Assembly: GCA_964405305.1 (NCBI GenBank)
Contig: CAYONL010000001.1
Location: forward strand, 6,167 to 51,757
Length of the DNA stretch: 45,591 nucleotides
Direction: 5' to 3'
Origin: an uncultured Oscillospiraceae bacterium
GTDB lineage: Bacteria > Bacillota > Clostridia > Oscillospirales > Ruminococcaceae
Part shown: piece after piece, positions 31,609-40,647 of the stretch
Layout of the letters: every line of letters starts with the position of its first letter
Position numbering within the stretch: position 1 is the stretch's first letter
Made by a program: the position numbers and the translations under genes
Notes under the pieces: model-generated
The model's input: only the letters and a program-made list of their open reading frames with translations
The model's database searches: none
What the model was told of the DNA's origin: nothing

Positions 31609-34600
31609 TTACTTTTCCTGCGGCGGCGGCGCGGAAGGACTTTGGCTTTGCGGAGCGGCCGGTTTCGGCCCTGCCTGCGCCGCGGGTTTTCCCGGGCCTT
31701 TTTTGTCCTTCTTTTTCTTGCCGAGCACCAGCATGGCGACCCCTCCGCCCACAACGCCAGCGCCCGCCACTCCGGCCACCCAGATCCAGGTGTTATCCTT
31801 CTTTATCTGATCCTTGGGCATCGTTATGGCGTAGCGGTACAGGCTGTCGGTCATTACGTAGGCCATACCGCCCGCGCGCCTGGCATCCAGAAGCTTTGCC
31901 GTACCATTGGAATTTATCTGCACTATCTCAAGCGTGGCGTTCTGATAATCGCTGTCTATGGGCATACCGATCTCGATCTCGCCCTCCGGCTGGATCTCCT
32001 CGCCGTTTCGCATGAGCTTGATCTCGTAAAGCTGCGCTATGCCGTACTCGCCGTTCACGCTGGAGGCGGCGCTCACGTCCTGCGTTCCGGGATTTATCTC
32101 GGTTATCACAAGCTCGCAGTCCTTGGGTATGACACCCGTTTTGGCCGAAACCAGCATACCGAAATCAGCGTTGGAAATGACGACGTCTTTAAAGGACGGG
32201 CCGGTGTCGGTATCGCTGTAGGTACGGCGGCTGGTGAGCCTGTCGGAGTTCGTCCCGGCGGGAATATCGCCGGCGCCCTCGCCCTCATCGACCGGCTCCG
32301 GCACCTTTACCGTGTAGGTCGCGGTGTTCACCATATCATTAAAAAACTGATCCTTTATGGCGATGGCCTTTATCGTCACCGGGCGCGTCACCGTTATCGG
32401 GCCGGTGTAAAGCGTCAGCGAATCAAGATTGCCGGCCGACGGGTCGGTGCCCTTTGTGCTGTAGTAAATGCTGGCGCCCTCCGTCGCCGTTTCAAGCGAT
32501 ATAGCGCTGTTTTGATCTATCTCTCCGCTGGTCACGCTGAACGTGGGCGCGCTGACCTGGCCGGCCTTCGTGTACACGAACTGCGCTATGTCGCTGTTGG
32601 CCTTGCCCGACACGACCGCTATGGCCTTTATTACGGACGAGTCGCGCAGCGTGATGTCCGGGTACGCCGTAACATCGTTGCCGAGCTTTGCAATATCGCC
32701 GTACAGGCTGCTGGAGGTGGTGGGATCGCTGCCGTCCGTCGTGTAGTAGATAAGCCCTTCCGCGGCGGTCAGCTTGATGGTGGCCCCCTCCATGAAGTAC
32801 GCGCCGGATTCCACAGAGGAGCTTGGCGCGGACGCCTTTTCCTGTATCTTGTAGGTCACGAGCGTGGTGGTTCCGGGTTTGCCGGAGGAATCGAACACGC
32901 TGACCTTGAGGTTTACCGTGGCGCCCGGCGCTCCGGATATTGCGACGGAGTTGCCGGAGGGAGAACTTGCCGTCGGGTCTGTCCCATCCGTAGTATAGTG
33001 TATGGTCGAGCCCGTAAGCGTAGTCGTCATGTTGACCACCGTGCCGTTGGCAATAGTGGAGCCCGTGGCCGGACTGACGGTCAGGTAGCCGTTATTGGTG
33101 GCGATGGTGTAGGTGGCGGTCATTATCTCGCTGGGGGTGTAACCGGTCTTGGTGGCGTAAGCCTGCACACTGACCGCCGCGCCGTAGTCGCCGTTCAGCA
33201 GCACCGTGTCTCCGTACATCAGGGCCTTGTTGTCCGCCTTTGTGGGGTCGGAGCCGTCGGTTGTATAAACTATTGTAGCGCCTTCCTTTGAGGTGAGCTT
33301 TATGCTGGTGCCCTTGCCCACCACGCTGCCCGTGGGTATTGAGGGCGTCGGCGTCGGAAGCGTCTCCGCCACCGTGTACTTAAACGAGGTGACCTCGCTC
33401 TTTACGCCGTCCTTGACCGCCATTGTGTATATGGTCATGTTGGCGTCGATCTTTATTGGCGTGCCCTCGTCAAACGTCTGGCTCTTGTTGGCCTTCAGGT
33501 TCGAGGCCTTGCCCGTCTCATAATAGATCGTGGCGCCCTCCGTGGTCGTTTTCAGCGTTACCTCCGTACCCTTGACTACCGAACCGGCCACCGGCGTAGC
33601 GTATACCGCCTGAACCGGCGCCGGAAGCTGATACGTAAACGTCGCAAGCTCGCTGGCCGCGTACTCGCCGTTTGGCACATACGCCACGGCCGAGACGATA
33701 TAGAAGGTCTTTATGTCGCCGGGCATCGTGAGGCCCGTATCGAAGTCATAGAGCTTTGTCTCCATCTTCTCGCGGTCAGCCTCGGAGGCCGCGTTGTACG
33801 CCAGCGGATCCGGCACCGTGCCGTTTGTGGTGTAGTATATATCCGCGTTCAGCGTTTTGGTGCGCAGACGTATGGATGACTCCGGCGCAAGAGTGATGAT
33901 ATCGTCGGTCGCCGTCACAGGGGTGCTCTGCTGCGTCACCTTTTCGGCCTTCATAAGGTCGTAATCAAAACGGCTTATAGCGCTGTTCTTCATCATGCCG
34001 CTTGTCGATACGGCCATGGCCCTTATTGACAGGGACGACTCCCCATCCTTCGGCGCCATGGATATCTGCTCCGTGGAGACATATTCCTTTGTGGCAGGAC
34101 CGTAATTCGCGGCGTTGGCGCCAGTGACATATTTAGCTATCAGCTCGCTGTTCGAAAGCTTCCCCAGATCTCCGCTCTCAAGATACTTGTTCAGCGAGGC
34201 CGTTTCGCTGCTGAGCAGCATATCCTTGCCGAATTTCTGCACGCTGCTGAGCGCCTTGTCGTAATTTATGCGTTCCGCAGGCAGCGGGTCGGAGCCGTCC
34301 AGCGTGTAATAAATGGTTGTATTGCCCGTACCGCTGGCCAGAGATATCAGCTCTCCCCGCTTGACCTCTGTCGGGTTGTTGGTGGTGGTTGCAGGCTCGG
34401 CGGTAACCGCCTCCACCTGCTTCACCTCGTTTATGGTGAACTGGAACGTGGATATGGCGCTCGGTCCCAGATTGCCTATGGTGTTGGGGTCGCCGTCGGC
34501 ATCCGCGCTGCTTACAGCCATGGCGCTTATGGTGAGGTAGTTCTGGCTGTTTTGCTGTACCTGCAGCGTTTGAGTGTATTTTTGCACCACGGGCTCTTCG

Positions 34601-37600
34601 TTTCCAAGGCGCTGGTAATACTCCCGGGCTTCCTCGGTGTCCTCAGTATATTTGCTCCGAACCTCGGTCGATGGCAGGCCCTTGTTGCTCTCCAGCCATT
34701 TTGCAAACGCCAGCTCCCAGTTCATCCTGAGCGCCACATCTTCCTTAGTCATCGTGTTGTTCGCCGTGGAGTAATAAATATCCGTTCCCAGATCTGACGA
34801 AATGAGCTGGATAGGAGAACCGACATCCACCGCCGTCACTCCCGAGACCTCTTTACCTCCGTAAAGCGCCGTCGGCACCTTGGCGTTATTGCGTATTTTC
34901 AGCGTGATGTTCAGTATGCCGCTGCTCACCTTATCCGTGTCGGAGCCGGTGATGTACATGGAGTAGGTCACACTGCTCCCCGCCGCGCCGCTGACTGTTA
35001 TCACCTGCGGAGCGACACGCTCATACACCGTCTTTAACGATTTGTTTATTATCTTCGGCGTTTCCTGCGCGTACGACATGGTTATGCCGGATACGGAGGT
35101 GATATTTCCCAGGGCATACTTTATCTGAGGCAGCAGGTACTTATCATTGCCTTCGAAGATCACGCGCTTTTCGGTCTGGCTTTCAGTCCCGGCCTTAATC
35201 ACTATACTGCCGTCTTCCGCCACGCTCTCCGCTATTCCATAGCCGATAACGCTCTTCATATTGCTTGGTATGTCTGCCTCGCTTACGGCCAGCGCGATCA
35301 GCTGTCCATCTTCAATGGTGTCGCCGTCTTTAAGCTTCGCGCCGATCTGCACATCTCCGTTATCGTCATAGTAGGCGATATGCACCTCCGGCGTCTGGTA
35401 AGCCGTCTTGAACTTGATGGCGGCCGACGTCACCGCGGAGTTTTTATACGCCGTGCTTGTCGGCACAAAAATCGCCCTCAGCTCCACCGCCGAGCCCGAT
35501 GTGCGCCCCGTCACATAATCTATTTCGGTTCCCTTTACATACTCTATACCCGAGGTCTTAGGATCGCTGCCGTTGAGCGTATACAGTATCTTGCCCTCCG
35601 GCTGTTTCCCGTCCATGCTCTCGTGGTACAGGGTAATCTTTGAGTCTCCAAACGTGTAATACAGGCCGGCATCAAAATCCACTCCGTCCAGCTTAACTTT
35701 TATGGCCGCGGGCGTCGCCCTGTCCGAGTTTTTATACGTGACATAGGTGGAGTAGCTTACAGGCCGCGCGCCTTTTGTATCCCGCGCCATAGCCGTTACG
35801 GTCATGGTGCTCTTATCCGACGGGAACGGGATGGCTTTGCCATCATACTCCGCAATCACCACCTCGGCGGTAGATGCCTTTACCGAACCGTCGGAATTTA
35901 ACGGTTCATAGGAGGTATCCGAATAAGAGACAGAGTACCATATCTCCACATTCGTACTGTCCTCCGGGTAGCTTATCGTTACGCCGCCGTCGTTGTCTAT
36001 CTTTTCACCCGCCGCGTTAGGAGATATGACGGGCTTTGCCAGCCTTGTTCCTATCGTGGCCGAGCCGGAACCTATTCCTTCAGTCGATGGCTCGGATGTG
36101 ATCATCCAGGCGTAAACCTCTACCGAGGAGCCGGGCGCCAAAACTCCCGTGTCTCCAATGCGCTCTTTCAGCGTGTTCACGCTAAAGGACAGAACCTCTG
36201 TCGCCGCGTCCCATGTCTCCCAGCCCGTGCCCGCTCCAGTATTCAGCGTGTTGGGGTTGCCAGGGGTCGTGACCGGTTTGGTGTAATTGTTGTTTTCTCC
36301 GCTGTTTATCGACCAATAGGTGTCTGTGGTAACATTTTTACCGCCTGTGGCGTCGTTCTTCTCGCCAACGAAGTCCGTTATCGTATCGCCGGCCAGGCTT
36401 CCCTCCTCGGCAAATTTTCTGAGGTCAAAAACCAAAACGTTGCTGGCCGAAAGCCCACTGTTTTTCGGGTCCTCGGCGTCCACCCAAACGGCCAGATAGC
36501 GCGTCGCGTCATTTGCTCCCACGCCGTCCCACGAAATCCCGTTTGTGGTATCATACACGGCTTTGCCGGACAGCGCGCTCAGTTCCTCCGTCGGCTTAAC
36601 TGTATAGCTGCCTGCGCTTCCGTTCATCAGCGCCAAATCGTTGCCGAACACATAGTAAATGAACGCCGGCTCGTTGACGCCGCCCACCACATTTGAATCG
36701 AAGCCGTTCAGGTTCTCCGGCAGATCCACCTTCACATTCATAAATGTGACGTTGTCGCCCTCGCTCCACCACGGATGCGCGCTGGCCTTCATGGTCGCTT
36801 TGTCCGGGGCCGCTTTTTTCACCGCGCTCCCACGGCTGTCGGCAAGGGACAGCGGCGTCACCTGGAACCCATCCAGACCGTAATCGTCCACAGGGTTCCC
36901 CAGATTGCTTATGACATAATTATCATCCGCCGCCGTCCCCGTGGTCACAGAAAGGTTCACAACAAAGATCTTGGCCGCCGTCGGATAGTTCACCGGCGTC
37001 GCGGTTATTGTGTAGCTGCCCACCGTTACGGTGGGCGCCACCGTCACACTGGCGGTCGAGGTCGTGCTCTTTGTCCCGGAGGAGGGTGAGCTTTGGCTGA
37101 CCGTCAGCCAGCCGCCGCTCGGCGACACTGTCCAGTTCCACGCGGTGCTGTCCACCGTTCCGGCACTCAGCGTAAACGTGTCGCTCGCATACACCGTTCC
37201 GTTATAGGCAAGCGTACCGCTGCTTCCATTGTGAGTATACGAGGTGCAGATCACCTCATTGGCCGCCGTGCCCACGATCACTGTAAATGTCTGGGCCAGC
37301 GACACCTGATTGCCCGGCTGAACTGTTATTATATATGTGCCCGGTACGGTTATGACGTCGCCCATCGTGAAAGAAACCGTGCTGCTTTGGGCGGCGACCG
37401 CGCTTGTCACGCCGTTTACCAGATTTCCGCTGGCAACATTATTCGGGTTCTTTATCGTCCAGTTCCAGACCGCCGTGCCCTGCGACAGCGAAGCTTTCAG
37501 TGTGAAAGTGTCACCAGGATATATCTGTTCCCCACTGTCGAGCAAGTTGGAGGCGCTGCCGTTGTATTTTGTACAGGACAGCGTACTCGTCACGCTTGTT

Positions 37601-40600
37601 CTCTTAATATTCACCCTGAAGGTGTACACATTGTAGGCTCCGGTCACCTGCACCGGCGAAAAACCGGAAGGCGTGGCGGTAACGGTGTAATAGTCTCCGT
37701 CCGCCGCCGTCTGTGAGCTTGAAAGCGTAAGGGTCAGCGTTCCCCTATTCCTGCTCAACGTTATTTTAGTGTCGTCGCTGACCTCTTTGCCATCCTTATC
37801 TTTCACGTTCCAATTCCATGTGGACGCCGACGCGCCGCCGTCCAACGACGCGGTAAGGGTCATGCTGGTCGATCCGCTGGCCGGCGCCGTCATGTCGCAG
37901 CTTGCGTCATACTCCGCGCCGCTCACCATTGTGTAATTGCTGTAGCCACTGCCGCCCGGAGTCAGTGTCTGGTTGGGCAGAACGTATATATTTGACGACG
38001 TTTTTGGCAGCGTAACTCCGTTTACCGTGGCGCCCGTGGAAAACGTCAGCACACCCGCCGTAGAAACAAAGGTGGTAAGCGACCCAGACGATACGTCAAC
38101 GCTGAAATTTATCGCGGCTGTAGTCGGCGGATCGCTTGACGACAGCTCCACGCCATTGCGGGCCACGGACCACAAAAACGTCTCCTCGGTGTAATGGCCT
38201 GAATTTTCGCTGTATGACACCTTGGCCGTTATAGCCTTATTCGCAAACTTGGTCACGTCGCCAACGGGAACGACCACCTTGTCGTCCGTCTCATCCATAT
38301 TGTTTTCTATGGTAAACCCTGTTGGCGTTTTATAGATTCTAACGTCGCACTGTCCGACCACATCTCCGTCGTCTTTGCCGCTATTCCCATTGCCGTCGTA
38401 ATAGGCATAGACCGTAACGGTTCCCGCCTCATGCCCGGTCACCGCAGCGGCACGGCCTTCTTCATTGGCGCCCACCGTCAGTTTTCCGCTGCTGTCCACC
38501 GTGGTGCCGCTATCGGTATTGCCCTCCACGCCCCATAAAAGCTTCGGAGTGCCGACGCCTGTGACCGTGGCCGTAAAGGTTCCGGTCGTGCCGGCCATAA
38601 AATATTTTACCGCTGTCGGCGCGGCAACGGTTATGGAGGAAACGCTCGGCGCGACCTCCACCAGACCGATGCTTTTTATAGTGCTGCTGCCGTAGGTGCC
38701 GGTTATTGTGACCGGCTTTCCAACGTCGCCGGCGCTCACGGTCAGTCTGCCGCTATTGGTGCTGGAAAAAACAGAGCTTGCTGTGGTATTGTTTCTCGTT
38801 CCGACTTCCCAATTTATCGTTACGTTGTTCAGCAAATGTATATTTTTGCCGTTTACCATCGCCAATGCCTGGTAAGTGCTTCCCGCCTTGAGCGTTATTT
38901 CCGTAACGTTGTTCAGCCCGACGCCGTTGTCAAGATATGTAACGTTCCCGTTGCCGTCGACCTTTATTTCGTATAAATACAGGTCAATGCTCTCGACCTC
39001 GGGAATTCCCTCTCCCTTGAGCACGCCCTTCGCGGAGGCAAACTGGCCCTGTGTTATATATTTAACGAAATAATACAGCCTCTCATTTATAAAGGCTTTA
39101 TCACGGGTTATGGAAACCGTCGTGTCGCTGTCGGTATATTTTACAGCCACCTCCGGCGGCGGTGTTTTAAGCCATTTAAGCGTAAGCGCACCCGAATCGT
39201 CCAGCGCCCACACGCCGTTATCATTTATGCCGCTATACGCGCTGCCTGTGCTGGCCACCACTTTGTCCGGAACATAGCTTGCCGACACGACAGTGCCCGC
39301 GCTAGTAACCGCAAAAATGTTAGAATTTGACCCTGCCAATGAAATGGAGAAGCCATCATGCTCCAGCGTCTGCATCAGCACCGAGTCAAGTGCCGCTGTC
39401 GTGCAGTAGTTACTATTATCGTAATCCTCCAGCAGATTCCCTATGGCGGAGGCCTGCGCCACGCTCTTGCTCGCCACAGAATTAGATCCTCCGACGCTGC
39501 TTCCGTCCTGATCCCAGCCGCCGCTGTTAAAAAGGTATACCCTGTACGTTCTTCCGGCCACCATACAGTTGGAGACCGTGTTGGACGCCGCCGCATTGCC
39601 GTTTCCTATTATGCCACCCAACCGGAAGGTCCCTTTAAAAGCCGTTGGCACGGACATTGTAAATTGGTTCCAGCCGCTTTGGATGGGACTCATGCTCATG
39701 GAGCCCATGGAGTAGCAGTCTTTTATAGTTGTTGACGACGCGGCAAAGCCCAGTATGCCGCCCTGATTTATGCTTCCGCCCATTTCAAAGGAAGCACCCG
39801 GAGTAAGCTCCGTATTTATATTTATAAAATCCATGCTGGTGTCTATTGCAACGTTTGTGTACACCTCGGATATTGTCGCGCTGCCCGAATACCCGACAAG
39901 ACCGATGTTAAAATACGGGTGGGCGACCCCTCTGTTATATTTTCCAAAATAGGATACATAGAGACCCGGCGACGTCAGGCCGGAGACCTGCACCTTTTCA
40001 AGCTTTGCGCCGTTCCACATGGAGCCCACCAGCGCGCCAATATCTATGGAGTAAGGTATTTTATCACTGCTTATGTCTTTTATGGACACCTTGTTTGTGC
40101 CCTTCAGCGAAACACGCAGATTGGTGACAACGCCTGAATCCAGCACCGCGAAAAGGCCGCCGTACGAATACTTGTTATCCGGGTTTTTCATTCCATGAGT
40201 CATGCTTACCAGATTGCTGTAATCGTCGCTCGACCGCGTATTTAAAGTTACCGTGTAGCGCCCGCCGTCCAGCGTGCCGCAGAAATAAGATATGGCTCCG
40301 CTGCCCCACTCGGCGATAACATCCGCCGCGAGGGTAAAGGTAACGCCTCTGCAGCCATCGTCGCGGTAATTTAACGTGGCTGGGTTTGTCAGAACCCCAT
40401 CATTGTTCACATAAATACTGTTTTTCGTGACCGCTTCTCTATTATTGTTTACATAATCCACGAAAGCTCTCCAGCCCACGCTATCATATATCGTGCCGCC
40501 GGAAATACGGTTGCCCCCATCAAGCGTAACGACGAGCCCTCTCATTTCCTCCGCTCCCGCCGGCTGCGTCAGCAAAACCGTTGGCACCACTACAGCCGCT

Positions 40601-40647
40601 ATGAGCAGCACAAAAGCAAGGACAGTCAGCACAGTACGTTTTTTCAT
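31609..40647 (-). CDS. Giant (3012 aa) surface protein: signal/anchor N-terminus, GLUG-type region, Ig-like modules, about 10 chitobiase-C/Fn3-like modules, C-terminal TM anchor and Pro-rich cytoplasmic tail
   Basis: The start overlaps the AAA+ ATPase stop (ATGA), with AAAGGAG 8 nt upstream. N-terminus MKKRTVLTVLAFVLLIAAVVVPTVLL. GLUG-like segments GGLFAVLDSG, IGALVGSMWNG, GGILGFAASS and GGIIGNGNAA. A Big_2-like module and three W-N-W modules. C-terminus WIWVAGVAGAGVVGGGVAMLVLG followed by KKKKDKKGPGKPAAQAGPKPAAPQSQSPSAPPPQEK. No LPXTG motif. Confidence 0.85.
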   Translation of the reverse strand: MKKRTVLTVLAFVLLIAAVVVPTVLLTQPAGAEEMRGLVVTLDGGNRISGGTIYDSVGWRAFVDYVNNNREAVTKNSIYVNNDGVLTNPATLNYRDDGCRGVTFTLAADVIAEWGSGAISYFCGTLDGGRYTVTLNTRSSDDYSNLVSMTHGMKNPDNKYSYGGLFAVLDSGVVTNLRVSLKGTNKVSIKDISSDKIPYSIDIGALVGSMWNGAKLEKVQVSGLTSPGLYVSYFGKYNRGVAHPYFNIGLVGYSGSATISEVYTNVAIDTSMDFININTELTPGASFEMGGSINQGGILGFAASSTTIKDCYSMGSMSMSPIQSGWNQFTMSVPTAFKGTFRLGGIIGNGNAAASNTVSNCMVAGRTYRVYLFNSGGWDQDGSSVGGSNSVASKSVAQASAIGNLLEDYDNSNYCTTAALDSVLMQTLEHDGFSISLAGSNSNIFAVTSAGTVVSASYVPDKVVASTGSAYSGINDNGVWALDDSGALTLKWLKTPPPEVAVKYTDSDTTVSITRDKAFINERLYYFVKYITQGQFASAKGVLKGEGIPEVESIDLYLYEIKVDGNGNVTYLDNGVGLNNVTEITLKAGSTYQALAMVNGKNIHLLNNVTINWEVGTRNNTTASSVFSSTNSGRLTVSAGDVGKPVTITGTYGSSTIKSIGLVEVAPSVSSITVAAPTAVKYFMAGTTGTFTATVTGVGTPKLLWGVEGNTDSGTTVDSSGKLTVGANEEGRAAAVTGHEAGTVTVYAYYDGNGNSGKDDGDVVGQCDVRIYKTPTGFTIENNMDETDDKVVVPVGDVTKFANKAITAKVSYSENSGHYTEETFLWSVARNGVELSSSDPPTTAAINFSVDVSSGSLTTFVSTAGVLTFSTGATVNGVTLPKTSSNIYVLPNQTLTPGGSGYSNYTMVSGAEYDASCDMTAPASGSTSMTLTASLDGGASASTWNWNVKDKDGKEVSDDTKITLSRNRGTLTLTLSSSQTAADGDYYTVTATPSGFSPVQVTGAYNVYTFRVNIKRTSVTSTLSCTKYNGSASNLLDSGEQIYPGDTFTLKASLSQGTAVWNWTIKNPNNVASGNLVNGVTSAVAAQSSTVSFTMGDVITVPGTYIITVQPGNQVSLAQTFTVIVGTAANEVICTSYTHNGSSGTLAYNGTVYASDTFTLSAGTVDSTAWNWTVSPSGGWLTVSQSSPSSGTKSTTSTASVTVAPTVTVGSYTITATPVNYPTAAKIFVVNLSVTTGTAADDNYVISNLGNPVDDYGLDGFQVTPLSLADSRGSAVKKAAPDKATMKASAHPWWSEGDNVTFMNVKVDLPENLNGFDSNVVGGVNEPAFIYYVFGNDLALMNGSAGSYTVKPTEELSALSGKAVYDTTNGISWDGVGANDATRYLAVWVDAEDPKNSGLSASNVLVFDLRKFAEEGSLAGDTITDFVGEKNDATGGKNVTTDTYWSINSGENNNYTKPVTTPGNPNTLNTGAGTGWETWDAATEVLSFSVNTLKERIGDTGVLAPGSSVEVYAWMITSEPSTEGIGSGSATIGTRLAKPVISPNAAGEKIDNDGGVTISYPEDSTNVEIWYSVSYSDTSYEPLNSDGSVKASTAEVVIAEYDGKAIPFPSDKSTMTVTAMARDTKGARPVSYSTYVTYKNSDRATPAAIKVKLDGVDFDAGLYYTFGDSKITLYHESMDGKQPEGKILYTLNGSDPKTSGIEYVKGTEIDYVTGRTSGSAVELRAIFVPTSTAYKNSAVTSAAIKFKTAYQTPEVHIAYYDDNGDVQIGAKLKDGDTIEDGQLIALAVSEADIPSNMKSVIGYGIAESVAEDGSIVIKAGTESQTEKRVIFEGNDKYLLPQIKYALGNITSVSGITMSYAQETPKIINKSLKTVYERVAPQVITVSGAAGSSVTYSMYITGSDTDKVSSGILNITLKIRNNAKVPTALYGGKEVSGVTAVDVGSPIQLISSDLGTDIYYSTANNTMTKEDVALRMNWELAFAKWLESNKGLPSTEVRSKYTEDTEEAREYYQRLGNEEPVVQKYTQTLQVQQNSQNYLTISAMAVSSADADGDPNTIGNLGPSAISTFQFTINEVKQVEAVTAEPATTTNNPTEVKRGELISLASGTGNTTIYYTLDGSDPLPAERINYDKALSSVQKFGKDMLLSSETASLNKYLESGDLGKLSNSELIAKYVTGANAANYGPATKEYVSTEQISMAPKDGESSLSIRAMAVSTSGMMKNSAISRFDYDLMKAEKVTQQSTPVTATDDIITLAPESSIRLRTKTLNADIYYTTNGTVPDPLAYNAASEADREKMETKLYDFDTGLTMPGDIKTFYIVSAVAYVPNGEYAASELATFTYQLPAPVQAVYATPVAGSVVKGTEVTLKTTTEGATIYYETGKASNLKANKSQTFDEGTPIKIDANMTIYTMAVKDGVKSEVTSFKYTVAETLPTPTPSIPTGSVVGKGTSIKLTSKEGATIVYTTDGSDPTKADNKALMYGDTVLLNGDYGAAVSVQAYATKTGYTPSEIMTATYTIATNNGYLTVSPATGSTIANGTVVNMTTTLTGSTIHYTTDGTDPTASSPSGNSVAISGAPGATVNLKVSVFDSSGKPGTTTLVTYKIQEKASAPSSSVESGAYFMEGATIKLTAAEGLIYYTTDGSDPTTSSSLYGDIAKLGNDVTAYPDITLRDSSVIKAIAVVSGKANSDIAQFVYTKAGQVSAPTFSVTSGEIDQNSAISLETATEGASIYYSTKGTDPSAGNLDSLTLYTGPITVTRPVTIKAIAIKDQFFNDMVNTATYTVKVPEPVDEGEGAGDIPAGTNSDRLTSRRTYSDTDTGPSFKDVVISNADFGMLVSAKTGVIPKDCELVITEINPGTQDVSAASSVNGEYGIAQLYEIKLMRNGEEIQPEGEIEIGMPIDSDYQNATLEIVQINSNGTAKLLDARRAGGMAYVMTDSLYRYAITMPKDQIKKDNTWIWVAGVAGAGVVGGGVAMLVLGKKKKDKKGPGKPAAQAGPKPAAPQSQSPSAPPPQEK
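32308..34893 (-). repeat. Eight consecutive chitobiase/beta-hexosaminidase-C-like (Fn3-like) modules, protein level
   Basis: Recurrent signature G-x-x-I-Y-Y-T-x-D-G-S/T-D-P ... I-x-A-x-A: GTDIYYSTANN, NTTIYYTLDGSDP, NADIYYTTNGTVP, GATIYYETGK, GATIVYTTDGSDP, GSTIHYTTDGTDP, GLIYYTTDGSDP, GASIYYSTKGTDP. The first three carry helical inserts. Two or three more diverged copies lie upstream. Confidence 0.65.
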
